DNA from: Mobula hypostoma
Taxonomy: Eukaryota
DNA length: 64,000 nucleotides
Assembly: GCF_963921235.1 (NCBI RefSeq)
Contig: NC_086097.1
Coordinates: 47,556,001-47,620,000 of the forward strand
Reading direction: 5' to 3'
Part shown: one piece after another, positions 53,001-64,000 of the stretch
How positions within the stretch are numbered: the first letter of the stretch is position 1
How the letters are laid out: every line of letters starts with the position of its first letter
The notes under the pieces: generated by a model
The model's database searches: none
Seen by the model: the letters and a program-made list of their open reading frames with translations, nothing else
What the model was told of the DNA's origin: nothing
Program-made: the position numbers and the translations under genes

Positions 53001-56000
53001 GGAGGTGGGGCATTAATGGAAGTTAGAGAAGTCAATGTTCATGCCATCAGGTTGGAGGCTACCCAGACGGAATATAAGGTGCTGTTCCTCTAACCTATCC
53101 CTCATTCTCAGTGCAACTTGTCAGGCAAAATTCAAGATACATTTTAAAACTGACAAATGTCTTGAAAATATTTTTTGTATTTGCACAACTAATCTTCTTT
53201 TGTGCATTGATTGTTTATTAGTTTTTGTCTGTGGATACTTTTTCATTGATTCTGTTGTATTTCTTTGTTCTATTGTGAATGCCTACAATAAAAGAATCTC
53301 AGGGTAGGATATGGAGAAACATACATACTTTGATAATAATACTAGTTTGAACTCCATTATTGAAGGTAACAGTTTAGAATATCTGGCACAAAGGAATTAT
53401 ACTTGTGTATAACTATGCATTTCCTCTGACTTCGGCAATTGAATCTGATGTTTCCGCCCAGAACTAAATTAGAAAATAACCATACTATTGTCTAATTTTC
53501 ATAAGACATAAAACATGAGCAGAATTAACCTCTTTAGCCTATCAAGTCTACTCCACCATTCCGTCAGCACGCATGGGCCAGAGAGGCAGACAGACAGACA
53601 GAATGAAAGAGAAAGAAATGAGCAAATTTCCTTTTGAGGGAGTCCAAGAAGGCCAATATATCATCAATCATGTCAGGCTGGCAAAGTATAAGAAGGAATG
53701 GATAAAGAAAGAAAGAAAATTCACAGAAAGCCAGGACTTAGAAAATTATGTTTAATTTACACCACTTAATGAATTTTTTTATATAGATCTATATTGCAAA
53801 AATCTATTCATAGCTTTGTAACTGAACTGTAGTTCATAAAACAAGAAACTATTTTCAACTGATTTTCATGTCTTACACAACAAAGTGAACAGCAAACTTC
53901 AATTTGCATGCGTCTTACCATCCATCACTATCCGCTGCATTTGTATTTACACCAAAATCAACAAGGAATTTCACAATATGATGGTGACCAGCACAAACGG
54001 CATTATGTAATGGCGTAATCCCTTCATCATTAGGTTGACTGGGATCATTAACCTGACCAAAAAAAATTTTCAAAAGGTTAACACATCAAATAGCAGTTAA
54101 AACATTACATTCTAATATAGCAATTTTTAATTCCAAGTGCAACAAACAATACAGTAAATAGAGAAAGACTACCTCATAAATGATGCGTTGCACAAGATCA
54201 AATTCTCCCTCTAAGGAAGCATCTAGTAGTAAAGCAAGAGGATCAAATTTTACCCTCATTCCACATCCTGTTCTCTCTGAATCAGGCTTTTTTAAATTTG
54301 TACGTTTAATCTGAGGAAAGACAGAAGAAAATTCAACAATTCAGGCAACAGATATTGGTAACTCAATTTCAAACAGCAAACTACTTGCAGCCCTGAAAAG
54401 GAACTGCAAATGAGATGTCCAGTTCTTTGAGATCGTTGCTAAACAAGTTTGCCACTATTTGCAACTAGCATTCTGTGCCTTTTTTTTGAGTATACACAAA
54501 ATGTTAATTTAATTTCACTGCTATTTACTTATTCTGCAATTCAATTTCTCCAGCCTTAGTTACCTTGCCTGACCATTTTCTAAATACGTACCGATTGGTT
54601 GTTATGTCTGTTTTTCTATTTTCCCCACGAACTGACACTTGTACAAGAAATCCATTTACTCATCTTTGCCTTCATCTTCCACTTGGCAATTGGCAGGAAT
54701 GCAGTGTATTTTTTTTTGACATTTTAAACTTTTTTCTTTGATTTAATGTCATCTTTAATTTTGCTTGATAGCTGTAGCTGGATCAAGTTACCTGAACTTT
54801 TTTGCCTTACATTAAAATAATATTACTTGTAGACCAATTCTTAAAGAGCTAGCCATTACTCATTTACTGTCACATTTTTAATGTAGCTTTCTTATCTTGG
54901 CCAACTTGACCTTCAGATTTAAGACCCTAATTTCAGATTGAAACCAATCACGTCAAACTTTTATAAAATTTTACTATCTTATGATCACTGTTCCCTAAAG
55001 GCCTCTCAACTACTATTTACATTGCTTTCTCTAGTACAATACTAGATCTAAAACAATTTGCTACTTTATTAATTTCATACATTAAAATGCTGAGAAATCT
55101 ACTTTTGCTACTTATTTGGTTTGCCCAGTGTGTACATCCAGATTTAAAGTCCCCATGATTGTTATATTACCCTTCCCAGACGCCTCTCTAATTTCACAAC
55201 TTATTAACAATACTCCCTCCTATGTTTGCTGGCAATTGCTATTTCATAGTTCCCCACAACCTCCCAAAATGAACTCTACTCCTTCATATTTCAAGCTAGT
55301 TCCCCCCCACCCCCATCAGATCTCCTTTTCCATACTGCCTAAATGCTTAGTAGAATCGTCCACAATTACGTTTCTATACAGGTTAGATCCTACTAGTTTG
55401 TTCCTATTCACTTGTCTTGTTATGAATTAACACACATCCTGTTATAAATATTATGCACCTTCATATAAAGCCTATACTTTTGTTTTAATAAGCTTTTTCC
55501 TCTGCTCTGATTCTAGCTGGAGATATACTATCACGTTTGTCTTTACTGTCCCCTCCTGACAGACTCTGGCTAGCATTACTGATTTTACTACCCAAGCTCC
55601 ATCTTTTTACTTACTGAATTTCCCCACGCTAAAACCACACTTTTCACCAGTTTAACAACTTACTTACCTACATCCCTAGTTATTCACTTCACTGGGATTC
55701 TTATCCCAGCCTGATTTTAGTAAAGCCCATTTCAAAAGAATAGCTCCTACTTTTCAAGGCCCGAATTGAAATCTACAGTTCACACAATGTTTGAAACAGG
55801 TCTTCAATTGTCTGAGCTTATTTTTTTCTGTGCCAATATGAAAATTTTTTTAGGTAGTGATCCAGAAATTAAATTTGTGGTTCTACTTTCTAAATTGCAC
55901 CCTAGCTGCTGATATTCCCTCAACAGAAACCCCTCTTTTGTCCTACATCGATTCAGGCATCAATAACTGAATCATTCCTTTCTCATTCAAAATTCTTCTG

Positions 56001-57998
56001 CAGATGAATGGACAATATTCTAACTGTAAATCATTTAATCTCAGGGAACGCAGCCTTAAAAACATTACACACAGTTTTTTTGTTTATTTATAATAAGCAT
56101 GACAAAACTTACAGCTGGTGGTGGTGGGACAGCAGGTGGTGGAGGAACATCTTCCTCTGGTGATACAGCCTCTGGTATAGGGCTTGATAGCTGTTCTGTT
56201 TGAACAACAGCAGGATTATTATTATTATCCTCCACTGTAGCAGGGATGTCATTGTTATCTGTCTGAATTAATTCAGAATGCAGTGGAGAAGGCAACTGAT
56301 TATCATTGGCATCTGATGATGGTTGATTTTCAAGCTGAGTTATTGGTTCAGGCTGGACTGATCCAGACTCCACTACGCTGGTGTTACCATTATCAACATC
56401 TGTTAAAGCACCGACAAAGTCGTGCGAGTTACTAGGGAGATAAAATGGTGTGTTATCCATACCCCCAGCTAGAGTATTAAAACGTTGATACAACAGTTTC
56501 TGAATATTTGGTCCACTAGGCCCTTCTGGCTCCGTTATGGAACTGCGTTTCTTTAGAGGTCTTGGTGCATGAGCCAGTTTTTTCCTTAGAACTTCCAGAT
56601 CAGCATCACTTTGATAACGCAGTGGTGAGTGCACAATTGGCAATAGCTTTGTAGGACTGAGAGGACGTGGGATGTTTTCAACATTCGAATTAGTGCTTGG
56701 CAAGTTCTCTTGTTCTGGTTCCTTCCCATTCATTTGGATTTCATCAGTTGCCTGGGGATGGGAACCATAGGACGGCTGGGGATGAGCAAAAGGCAATGGA
56801 GATGGAGAAGCTGAACCAGAACCCGATCCTGATCCTGATGGCAATACAGGCTTCCCATACACTAGAGAGAAGAAAACTTCAGTTAATCAAATGTAATTCT
56901 AATTCACTATATGCACAACTCTATACACCTGTTAATAGTTTTGATCACACAATTAATAAACCACTTACTTGCTTTAACAGTATGTGCTTTGTTTAAGGTA
57001 TTATATGCAGATTGCTGATAGTTCTTTGGTGGCGTAGCTTGTTGAAGGTACATCGAATAGATTGAACTGGAGTTAACAGTTTGAGGCCCTTTTCGTGGAG
57101 ACTGTGGTCTTGAGCCTTTATCAGCCAAGAATGGTCTTACAGCTACTGCTAGTGGTGGATCGGGTCTGTTATCTCCAGTGGGGAACAATGGTGAACCAAC
57201 AGACTGATAAGTTGGACTTGGAGGTACAGTAATTCTCTGCTGAATTTGTTGAGAGGTACCAGCCTGAAATGTGCTAGCAGGAGTTTGAGGCTGGGTAGGT
57301 CTTTGCCAGTTTTCTGTAGCTATGTTAGAAAGTGACCCCATACTAGGTCGGGGCTGAGTTGTATCTTTCATTCTTTCCAGTGAATTTGTAGAGCCAATAG
57401 CCACGAGAGGTTTTGGGTGAGGTCCATAAGACTGAGGCAGTTGCTTTACTGCATTAGGTGCAGCTGGAGGCACTCTTCCTGGTTCAATACCCTAAATTAA
57501 AGGCAATATTAATTATTTTTAACTATCTTATCAAAACAAACTTGTACATAGTTTAAACAATTTGGAATTAATGGCTATTTAATGCTAAATATGAAAACAT
57601 CAACATCAGTTGAAAGCATAAAAGCAACTACTAAATCACATTATTCAATGAACACAGGCACTTCAAAATGTTTAGATAAAGCTTTGACTCTGACAAAATC
57701 AAATTTTGTTTTGAGAAATAGCAGGATATTCCAACTTAAAGTCCACAAACTTGAAATTATTTTTATGTATCAAAATAGGAAAATGTAAATCAATCAGAAC
57801 ATTCTGAAGTTCAGACAAATCTTACCATTTTCTCACTGCTTGGAACAGTTGAAGAAGTGGACAGGACCTGACTTGACCCAGTTCCTGGCTTCAAAACTGT
57901 ATCCATGTTGGATTCCTTCCAGTCATTTTTTGCCGTTGGAGGTAGTTTCCCTATGGCAACAGATCCTGGTGGGGGTGTTGGCCAGCTTCCATCATTAG
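40978..57998 (-). CDS. PPP1R13B: PPP1R13B / ASPP1 (apoptosis-stimulating of p53 protein 1), 3' part: Pro-rich region, RVxF motif, ankyrin repeats, SH3; 5' exons beyond right edge
   Basis: Exons 57998-57826, 57491-56969, 56861-56113, 54310-54173, 54052-53919, 44243-44077, 42995-42796 and 41019-40978 join in frame. ASPP motifs [32 protein letters not shown] and [16 protein letters not shown]; adjacent to ZFYVE21. Confidence 0.95.
41940..42540 (+). mobile_element. Old CR1 3' fragment
   Basis: Degenerate aatggcatttggccttta and ggctaaggagtctagaac remnants; tail ctcctatttctgatgttcttacg. Confidence 0.65.
42796..42995 (-). CDS. PPP1R13B: PPP1R13B SH3 exon ([21 protein letters not shown]...GYVPRNLLG)
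   Basis: 200 nt, donor GGG|GTAAGT; SH3 ALWDY and WW motifs. Confidence 0.96.
43323..43388. mobile_element. Tiny Tc1-type MITE (TIR-only hairpin)
   Basis: TA|CAGTACTGTGCATAAGTCTTAGGCAC ... GCACCCAAGACTTTTGCATAGTAC, imperfect inverted repeat. Confidence 0.6.
44077..44243 (-). CDS. PPP1R13B: PPP1R13B ankyrin exon ([23 protein letters not shown]...CSQFLY)
   Basis: 167 nt, acceptor ttttcag, donor G|GTAAAT. Confidence 0.96.
44711..52470. repeat. Direct tandem duplication, unit 3879 bp (44711-48589 / 48590-52468), made of nested CR1 > Rex1/Babar > short element fossils
   Basis: Every ORF from 44914 to 48375 recurs identically at +3879; the junction ...gctggtGAgaaac... has 2-bp GA microhomology. 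Confidence 0.97.
52409..53095 (-). mobile_element. Penelope-like element 3' part (GIY-YIG C-terminal remnant plus pLTR with hammerhead motif), with a partial tandem copy
   Basis: ORF 52822-53013, [39 protein letters not shown]; ~52810-52905 is repeated at ~52998-53095. Confidence 0.88.
52508..52543 (-). ncRNA. Minimal type-I hammerhead ribozyme motif (Penelope pLTR), likely attenuated by a CpG transition
   Basis: AGTC-CTGACGA-AGGGTATCAGCCT-GAAA-CA-TC-GACT: stem I AGTC/GACT, conserved CUGANGA and GAAA boxes, stem II hairpin, UH site. Confidence 0.65.
53919..54052 (-). CDS. PPP1R13B: PPP1R13B ankyrin exon ([45 protein letters not shown])
   Basis: 134 nt, donor TG|GTAAGA. Confidence 0.96.
54173..54310 (-). 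CDS. PPP1R13B: PPP1R13B exon with PP1-binding RVKF motif and start of the ankyrin region
   Basis: [46 protein letters not shown]; 138 nt, AG/GT flanks. Confidence 0.96.
56113..56861 (-). CDS. PPP1R13B: PPP1R13B large exon (YGKPVLP...RPLSPTKL...[14 protein letters not shown]...PPPPA)
   Basis: Acceptor ctctctag, donor GCT|GTAAGT, 749 nt. Confidence 0.95.
56969..57491 (-). CDS. PPP1R13B: PPP1R13B Pro-rich exon (GIEPGRVPP...[17 protein letters not shown]...VKA)
   Basis: Acceptor aatttag, donor A|GTAAGT, 523 nt; within ORF 56907-57473. Confidence 0.94.
57826..57998 (-). CDS. PPP1R13B: PPP1R13B exon ([11 protein letters not shown]...SEKM)
   Basis: Acceptor gatcag, donor ATG|GTAAGA, 173 nt, phase 1-0. 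Confidence 0.9.
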
Positions 57999-58509
57999 CT
58001 GATCAGGATATGAAAAATTGTAATACATTTATTAAATTTAAGATTTAAATAGTTATCGCATTTTGATAAAATTTATAACACCCATTTCGTTTCCCCAGTC
58101 TGCCACAGCCTATGTAGCAGGGTGGAAGGAAACACAACAACATTTTGGGAACATGAAAAAATTATCTAATGCCACTTATGCATCTAACGTATGCAACCAG
58201 TTGAGTTTTTATTAATAATGAATTCATATTTGCTCAGAAGACCTACTATAAATAGTAGTATTAGGTGATAAGTAACAAATTACAGCACAATAGAATTATT
58301 TTCTTAAAGAATTTGCACAAGTCTAATGAGCCAGCACTTAAACAACATTGCAAACCTTGTATCATTAGTTATCAGTACGCAAATTTCAAATAAAACTTCT
58401 ATCTTAATTGTCTTAAAGGAACAATAAACAAGTTATTTCCATGAATCTGTTAGTTACATTTATCAAAGAAATAGAAAGTAATATAATGGTAGCCAGAAAA
58501 TAATGGAAT

Positions 58510-58658
58510 GCAACACACATAAAAGTTGCTGGTGAACGCAACAGGCCAGGCAGCATCTCTAGGAAGAGGTGCTGCCTGGCCTGTTGCGTTCACCAGCAAC
58601 TTTTATGTGTGTTGCTTGAATTTCCAGCATCTGCAGAATTCCTGTTGTTTGCGTTTTT
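58510..58658. mobile_element. Palindromic Penelope pLTR-derived insertion (51-bp stem)
   Basis: Arms 58510-58560 and 58565-58615, 4-nt loop; exact 16-bp TSD AAATAATGGAATGCAA at 58498-58513 and 58659-58674. Confidence 0.88.
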
Positions 58659-61600
58659 AAATAATGGAATGCAATCAGTGACTTTGGAAATTTCAGTCAA
58701 GTAATTGATATTTAACCTTTTTTCACATTCAGTTGTTCTTTCAAGATAAGTATACTTGCAAGTGAAAAAAACATTTCTATAAATATTGACTGCACAAATT
58801 TAATGATCAACTAAATTCAAATGATTTGTGTCATCGTTTTGCTCTGAATTTCCAAAAAAGCAAAGTACATCTCTTACTTTGTCTGCATCCTCAATTCTCA
58901 ACAAACATCAGAAAGAAATGGACAACTTGAAAAGAAAACCCAAATCTCTGCACTAGTTTCTTTCACTGTTTTTTTGTTTTCACCTCCATTCTGCAATTTG
59001 AGTAACACTGAGTTACAGCTCCAACCACCTATACCTAGACCAAGTGGCTAATATTACTGTAAGAGATTAAAAGCCATTTATCCAACTTTGGAAGTGAGGG
59101 ATTACCATCACTACCATGCTGCTTCTAGCTAGTATTCACATCTACATTTCTAGCAAAAGAGGTCACTAAACAGCTAAATGGGGCACCACAGCCATCTTCC
59201 CCTGCAGAATCCCCAAACCGCACTAAAGCTAATTGTTAAGGATAATTGAAATTGCAAATTTACTACTTGAAAATAATAAAATTAGCAAATACATCTTATA
59301 AAATTGATGTATATGACAATCTAAGGAAGCATCATAAATCACAGGAGAAGGCCAAAATTGATTTGGTTTATCTGGCAAAGTGTTGTTGACAATATATAGA
59401 GTATTTCATATTTAACTTTATTTGTCTTAGTTATGCCAAGTTTAAGACGACTTTGTGGATCTCTATACTCACCCAGATAATTTAATATCACTTTGAACCT
59501 TTTTTTTTGGTTCTGGTGAAAAGTTATCAAACCAAAATACCAATTTAGTTTCTCCCTCGACAGATGCTTCTTGATTTGTTTAGTAGTTTCAGCATTTACA
59601 TTTTCTAATTTCAGACTCAGAGAATCTTCCACAATTTGCTTTTGCGCAACTTAATAAATCTTGTGCACATATAGTGCACATTTACAAAAAATTTGTAGTG
59701 TATGCATTGTACTCTAAATATTTCCAATTCGCAAGTTATTTTTAATCTTTCTGTTAAAGATATTAAAACAAGGAATTATTTTATAGTTTGAAAATATTCC
59801 TTATTAAAATATACATTTAAGTATATTAGGATATTCAGTGTAATTATTACTCAACATTAACAAGATAAATGACCAGTCTTATTTCTTGTTTGATCTAGTA
59901 AATATAATCATCTAACATCCAACATATCTATGTACCTAATGCTTAGTTTTAGATGCAAATGATTTTTGTTTATTTAGTCAAGGGCAATGCCTGCAAGGCA
60001 ATCTTCTACTTCCCATCAAATTAATGCAGAGAAGACAAACTTTTTTTAAAGTCTCAGTTTTGAGTCGTACCTTACTTTCAGCAAAACCAGATGATCACCT
60101 TTAAGTTTAATAATACAAACAATATTTATTTGTGACTAATGCATAAAAAATGCAATTCAGGAATATCAAGTTTCAAAAATTTTCAATCAGGAAGTTAACT
60201 AATTCTAGGTGCATAGTTAGGAATATGCAGCTTCTAAATTATGTGCAATTACATCGGTGTACTAAAAAGAACACTACAAATATACAATCTAAGCCTTACT
60301 TTTCATATATGTAGAATGAAAAAATGCAGAACTTGATTTAATTTTTCATTTCACGTCAAATTCATTTCCTTTAAATGTGAGTAAAATATTTAATTTACAT
60401 GGCACAAATACTTATAAGTATGAAATAATTGCAACAAAATAATAAATTTGCCATCTTCAAAGCATTACATTTAAGACATGATAAACTATTTCACTGAATA
60501 GGTAATAAAGCACTTTCCTCCTTTAAGCAAAGACAGTAGTAGTTCCACAGACCCAAAATATAGTTTGTCAGGAATAGAAGCTGTCAAATGGATCATCTGT
60601 AGATTTTAGAGAGTCAGTAGAAGAAAATAAAACAGATCCACTATGGCGTCTAAATCTGAAACTTTCCAAATGTCTGAATATTTTTCAAATTCCCACTTGT
60701 TTTTGTCCAAGAAGTCAAAGGGAAGTGAGACACTGAAGGACACAAAGCAAAAGTACACAAATACAAAAGAACAAAATGAATCCAAACAAAGTGTAAAGGT
60801 CAGAAAAACAAAGTTTAAATTGGAAATATAAAGTAATAAAATCATGAAATAGTACTTGAACAAATGTTTGACTAAATTGCGTTATATTAATGTTAAGCCT
60901 TTTAAGAAACTGATATTGCACTACAAAACTAGAGCCTTTTCTGTTTCAGGAGCTTGAGTTTACACCAAGCATGCTAATGTCTGGCACAACATAATTAGAA
61001 GAATTGAACCACCAGACTCAAGAACAGCTTCTAGCACACTGTTTCTAAGACTACTAAATGGTTCCCTAGTATGGTCAATGGACTCTTGACCTCACAATCT
61101 ACCTAGTTACAAGATTGCATCTCATTGTTTACCTGCACTGCGCTCTCTGTAGTTGAATTGATTTGACTTTATTTCTTACATCCTTCGCATACATGAATAA
61201 AACTCTTTTTACATCTGTCTAAATGTGCAATGTGCAAATTATAATTTGTAATAAATAGTATGTACAGCAACAGAACAGCTTAGAAATACAAACTTGGTAC
61301 ACATTATTCTGCATTATTTTTCCTTTAATTTGATCTACCTCAATGCTCTGTGTAATGATTAATCTTAGGAACAGTATACAAGACCAGCTTTTCACTGTAT
61401 CTCAGTACATGTGACAATAATAACCCGATTCCAATAATTTATTAGCCTTGATTTCATTCCACTCTGAACTTCAAAAGGGAAAACCCATTGCAATTAATTA
61501 CCAAACTAAACAGGTTTTATTAGTGGTGTATGAAAACAAAGTCTACTAAATTGCTAATTTGCTTTCGAAAGTCTTTCATTTGAAACTTAAGGCTTCCACA

Positions 61601-62072
61601 ATTAGGTCTTCTAACAACCATCAACTGACTAATGAGATTAAAGCAAAAATTAGTATTTATTAGCAAATGCATCAGGGCATGGTTTCTAATATCTACTTTA
61701 TTGTTATACTTTATTGTTGACAAATAATTGATACTATCACGTACAATCATCACAGCGATATCCGATTCTGTGCTTCCCGCTCCCTGGATTACAAATCGAT
61801 AGTAAGTAAACAATTTCACATGCTGGTAAAAATCAGATATGTGATCCATCAATACACCAGAAACTTAAGATAAACTTTTTCTCCTCAAAATTATTGCAAT
61901 TCGGAAGCATGAATAATTGAACTGACTACAATACTCTTAAATGGATATAAGGTAAGCATACAAGGAAGAATGAAACTGAAGGATACACTGATGGTGGGGA
62001 ATAAAGACAGCATGGGGTACCTTATCAAATGCCTTGCTGAAATCTATATACACTACATCTACTGCTCTTCCT

Positions 62073-63845
62073 CACAAGATCACAAAACAAAGGAGCATAA
62101 GTAGGCCATTCGGCCGATCAAGTCTGCTCCACCACTCCACCATGAGCTAAACTATTCTCCCATCTAGTTCCAATTTCCAGCTTTTCCCCCATATCCCTTG
62201 ATATCCTGACCAACTAGATACCTATCAATCCTCCCCTTAAACACCCTCAATGATCAGGCCTCCACAGCTGTATGTGGCAACGAATTCCATAAATCCACAA
62301 CCCTCTGGCTAAAAAAATTTCTCCTCATTTCTGTTTTAAATGGGTACCCTCTAATTCTAAGACAGTGGCCTCTTGTCCTGGACTCACCCACCAAGGGAAA
62401 CAGCCTTTCCACATCTACTCTGTCCAACCTTTTCAACATTCAAAATGTTTCTATGAGATCCCGTCTCATTCTTCTATACTCTAATGAATACAGTCCAAGA
62501 GCCGACAAATGCTCCTCATATGTTAGCCCCTGCATTCCAGGAATCATCCTCATAAATCTTCTCTGAACTCTCTCCAACATCAGTACATCCCTTGTAAGAT
62601 GGGGGGCCCAAAACTGCACACAGTATTCCAAATGAGGTCTCACCAGTGCCCCATAGAGCCTCATCGACACCTCTTTACTCTTATACACTATTCCTCTTGA
62701 AATGAATGCCAACATAGCATTCGCCTTCCTTGCTGCCGATCCAACCTGGTGGTTAACCCTTAGGGTATCCTGCATGAGGACCCCCAAGTCCCTGTGCACT
62801 TCTGATTTTTGAATTTTCTCCCCATCTAAATAATCTGCCCGATTATTATTCCAAAATGTACATTTCTCAACATTGTATCTCATCTGCCATTTCTTTGCCC
62901 ACTCTCCTAAACTGACCAAGTCTCTCTGCAACCTTTCCGTTTCTTCAACACTTCCTGCTCCTCCACCTATCACGGTGTCATCCTCAAACTTAGCCACAAA
63001 ACCATTTAATCCATAATCTAAATCATCGATATACATTGTAAAAAGAACCGGCCCCCACACCAACCCTTGCAGAACACCACTAGTAACCGGGAACCAACCA
63101 GAATAGGATCCCTTTATTCCCACCCTTTGCTTTCTGCATATCAGCCAATGCTCCACCCATTCCAATATCTTTCCTGTAATTCCATGGGCTCTCATCTTAT
63201 TAAGCAGCCTCTTATGCGGCACCTTATCGAAGGCCTTTTAAAGATCCAAATAGACAACATCCACAGCTCTCCCTTGTCAATCTTATTTGAGATTACCTCA
63301 AAAAGTTCCAATAGGTTGGTGAGGCAGGATCTTCCCTTCATGAAACCATGCTGGCTTGGACCTATCTTGTCATGCACCTCGAGGTATTTCATAACCTCGT
63401 CCTTGAGGACTGACTCCAATAACTTTCCAACTACTGATGTCAGACTGATAGGTCTGTAATTTTCTTTTTGCTGCCTCCCTCCTTTCTTAAACAGTGGAAC
63501 TACATTTGCGACCTTCCAGTCCTCCGGAACTATGCCAGAGTCTACTGATTCCTGGAAGGTTATCTCCAATGCCTCCACAATCTCCAAAGCCACCTGCTTC
63601 AGAACCCGTGGGTGCACCCCATCCGGTCCAGGAGACTTATCTGTTCTTAGTCCATTTAGCTTCCCAAGCACTTTCTCTCTCGTAATCTTGAATGAACTTA
63701 ATTCTATTCCCTGAGACCTCTGGCTATCAGGTATGTTGCTAATGTCTTCCACTGTGAAGACTGATGCAAAATACTCATTTCGTTCCTCTGCCATCTCTTT
63801 GTTACCCATTATAATTTCTCCAGCATCACTTTCAATTGGTCCTAT
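62073..63845 (-). mobile_element. CR1-clade LINE, second subfamily, frameshifted
   Basis: ORFs 63192-63809, 62440-63222 and 62254-62439 are consecutive ORF2 pieces; catalytic FADD mutated to FEDD; (TCTTGTGA)-type tail. Confidence 0.93.
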
Positions 63846-63847
63846 AT

Positions 63848-64000
63848 AGTCATACTTTATTGATCCCAGAGGAAATTGGTTTTCGTTACAGTTGCACCAT
63901 AAGTAGTAAATAGTAATAGAACCATAAATAGTTAAATAGTAATATGTAAATTATGCCAGTAAATTATGAAATAAGTTATGAAATATTTAAAACAGTATCC
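63848..64000 (-). mobile_element. 3' end of another LINE (Rex1-type UTR) abutting or inserted in the CR1
   Basis: CR1 similarity stops abruptly at ~63845, followed by catactttattgatccc (minus-strand AATAAA) and AT-rich UTR-like sequence. Confidence 0.5.

Noticed and set aside
56967..56972. Alternative GC donor (AAA|GCAAGT) in PPP1R13B
   Set aside because: It gives phase 0, whereas the next exon needs phase 1; the canonical A|GTAAGT 4 nt downstream fits.
40978..57998. Calling the gene TP53BP2 (ASPP2)
   Set aside because: The SH3 segment [17 protein letters not shown], the NDGSWP exon and the position next to ZFYVE21/XRCC3 fit PPP1R13B better.

Overview
AT-rich, intron-rich vertebrate genomic DNA. 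The repeat content (CR1 LINEs, V-SINEs, Rex1/Babar, Penelope pLTRs) suggests a cartilaginous fish, probably a ray or shark; this is inference. Three spliced genes were reconstructed by hand from splice sites and reading phase. XRCC3 (minus) has 6 coding exons at 11802->574, and its last exon lies left of the window. ZFYVE21 (plus) is complete: 8 coding exons at 12545-38472, including a 54-nt cassette exon, head-to-head with XRCC3 across a ~740-bp CpG/CCAAT-rich promoter. The 3' half of PPP1R13B/ASPP1 (minus) has 8 coding exons at 57998->40978 and converges on ZFYVE21. This gene order matches human 14q32.33. The introns hold a young CR1 LINE with an intact 686-aa frame, a Tc1 transposon split by an RNase H-bearing Nimb/I LINE (13-bp TSD), an internally deleted R4/Rex6 element, a Harbinger derivative that is one open frame, a minisatellite grown from a LINE RT motif, and an apparently identical 3879-bp tandem duplication. 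The most striking non-genic signal is a dispersed family of Penelope-derived minimal hammerhead-ribozyme motifs. It includes two TSD-flanked long fold-back hairpins and two copies inside the bidirectional promoter, next to a 5x DR1-like GGGTCA array. I cannot claim a wholly new biological system; these are the best leads.
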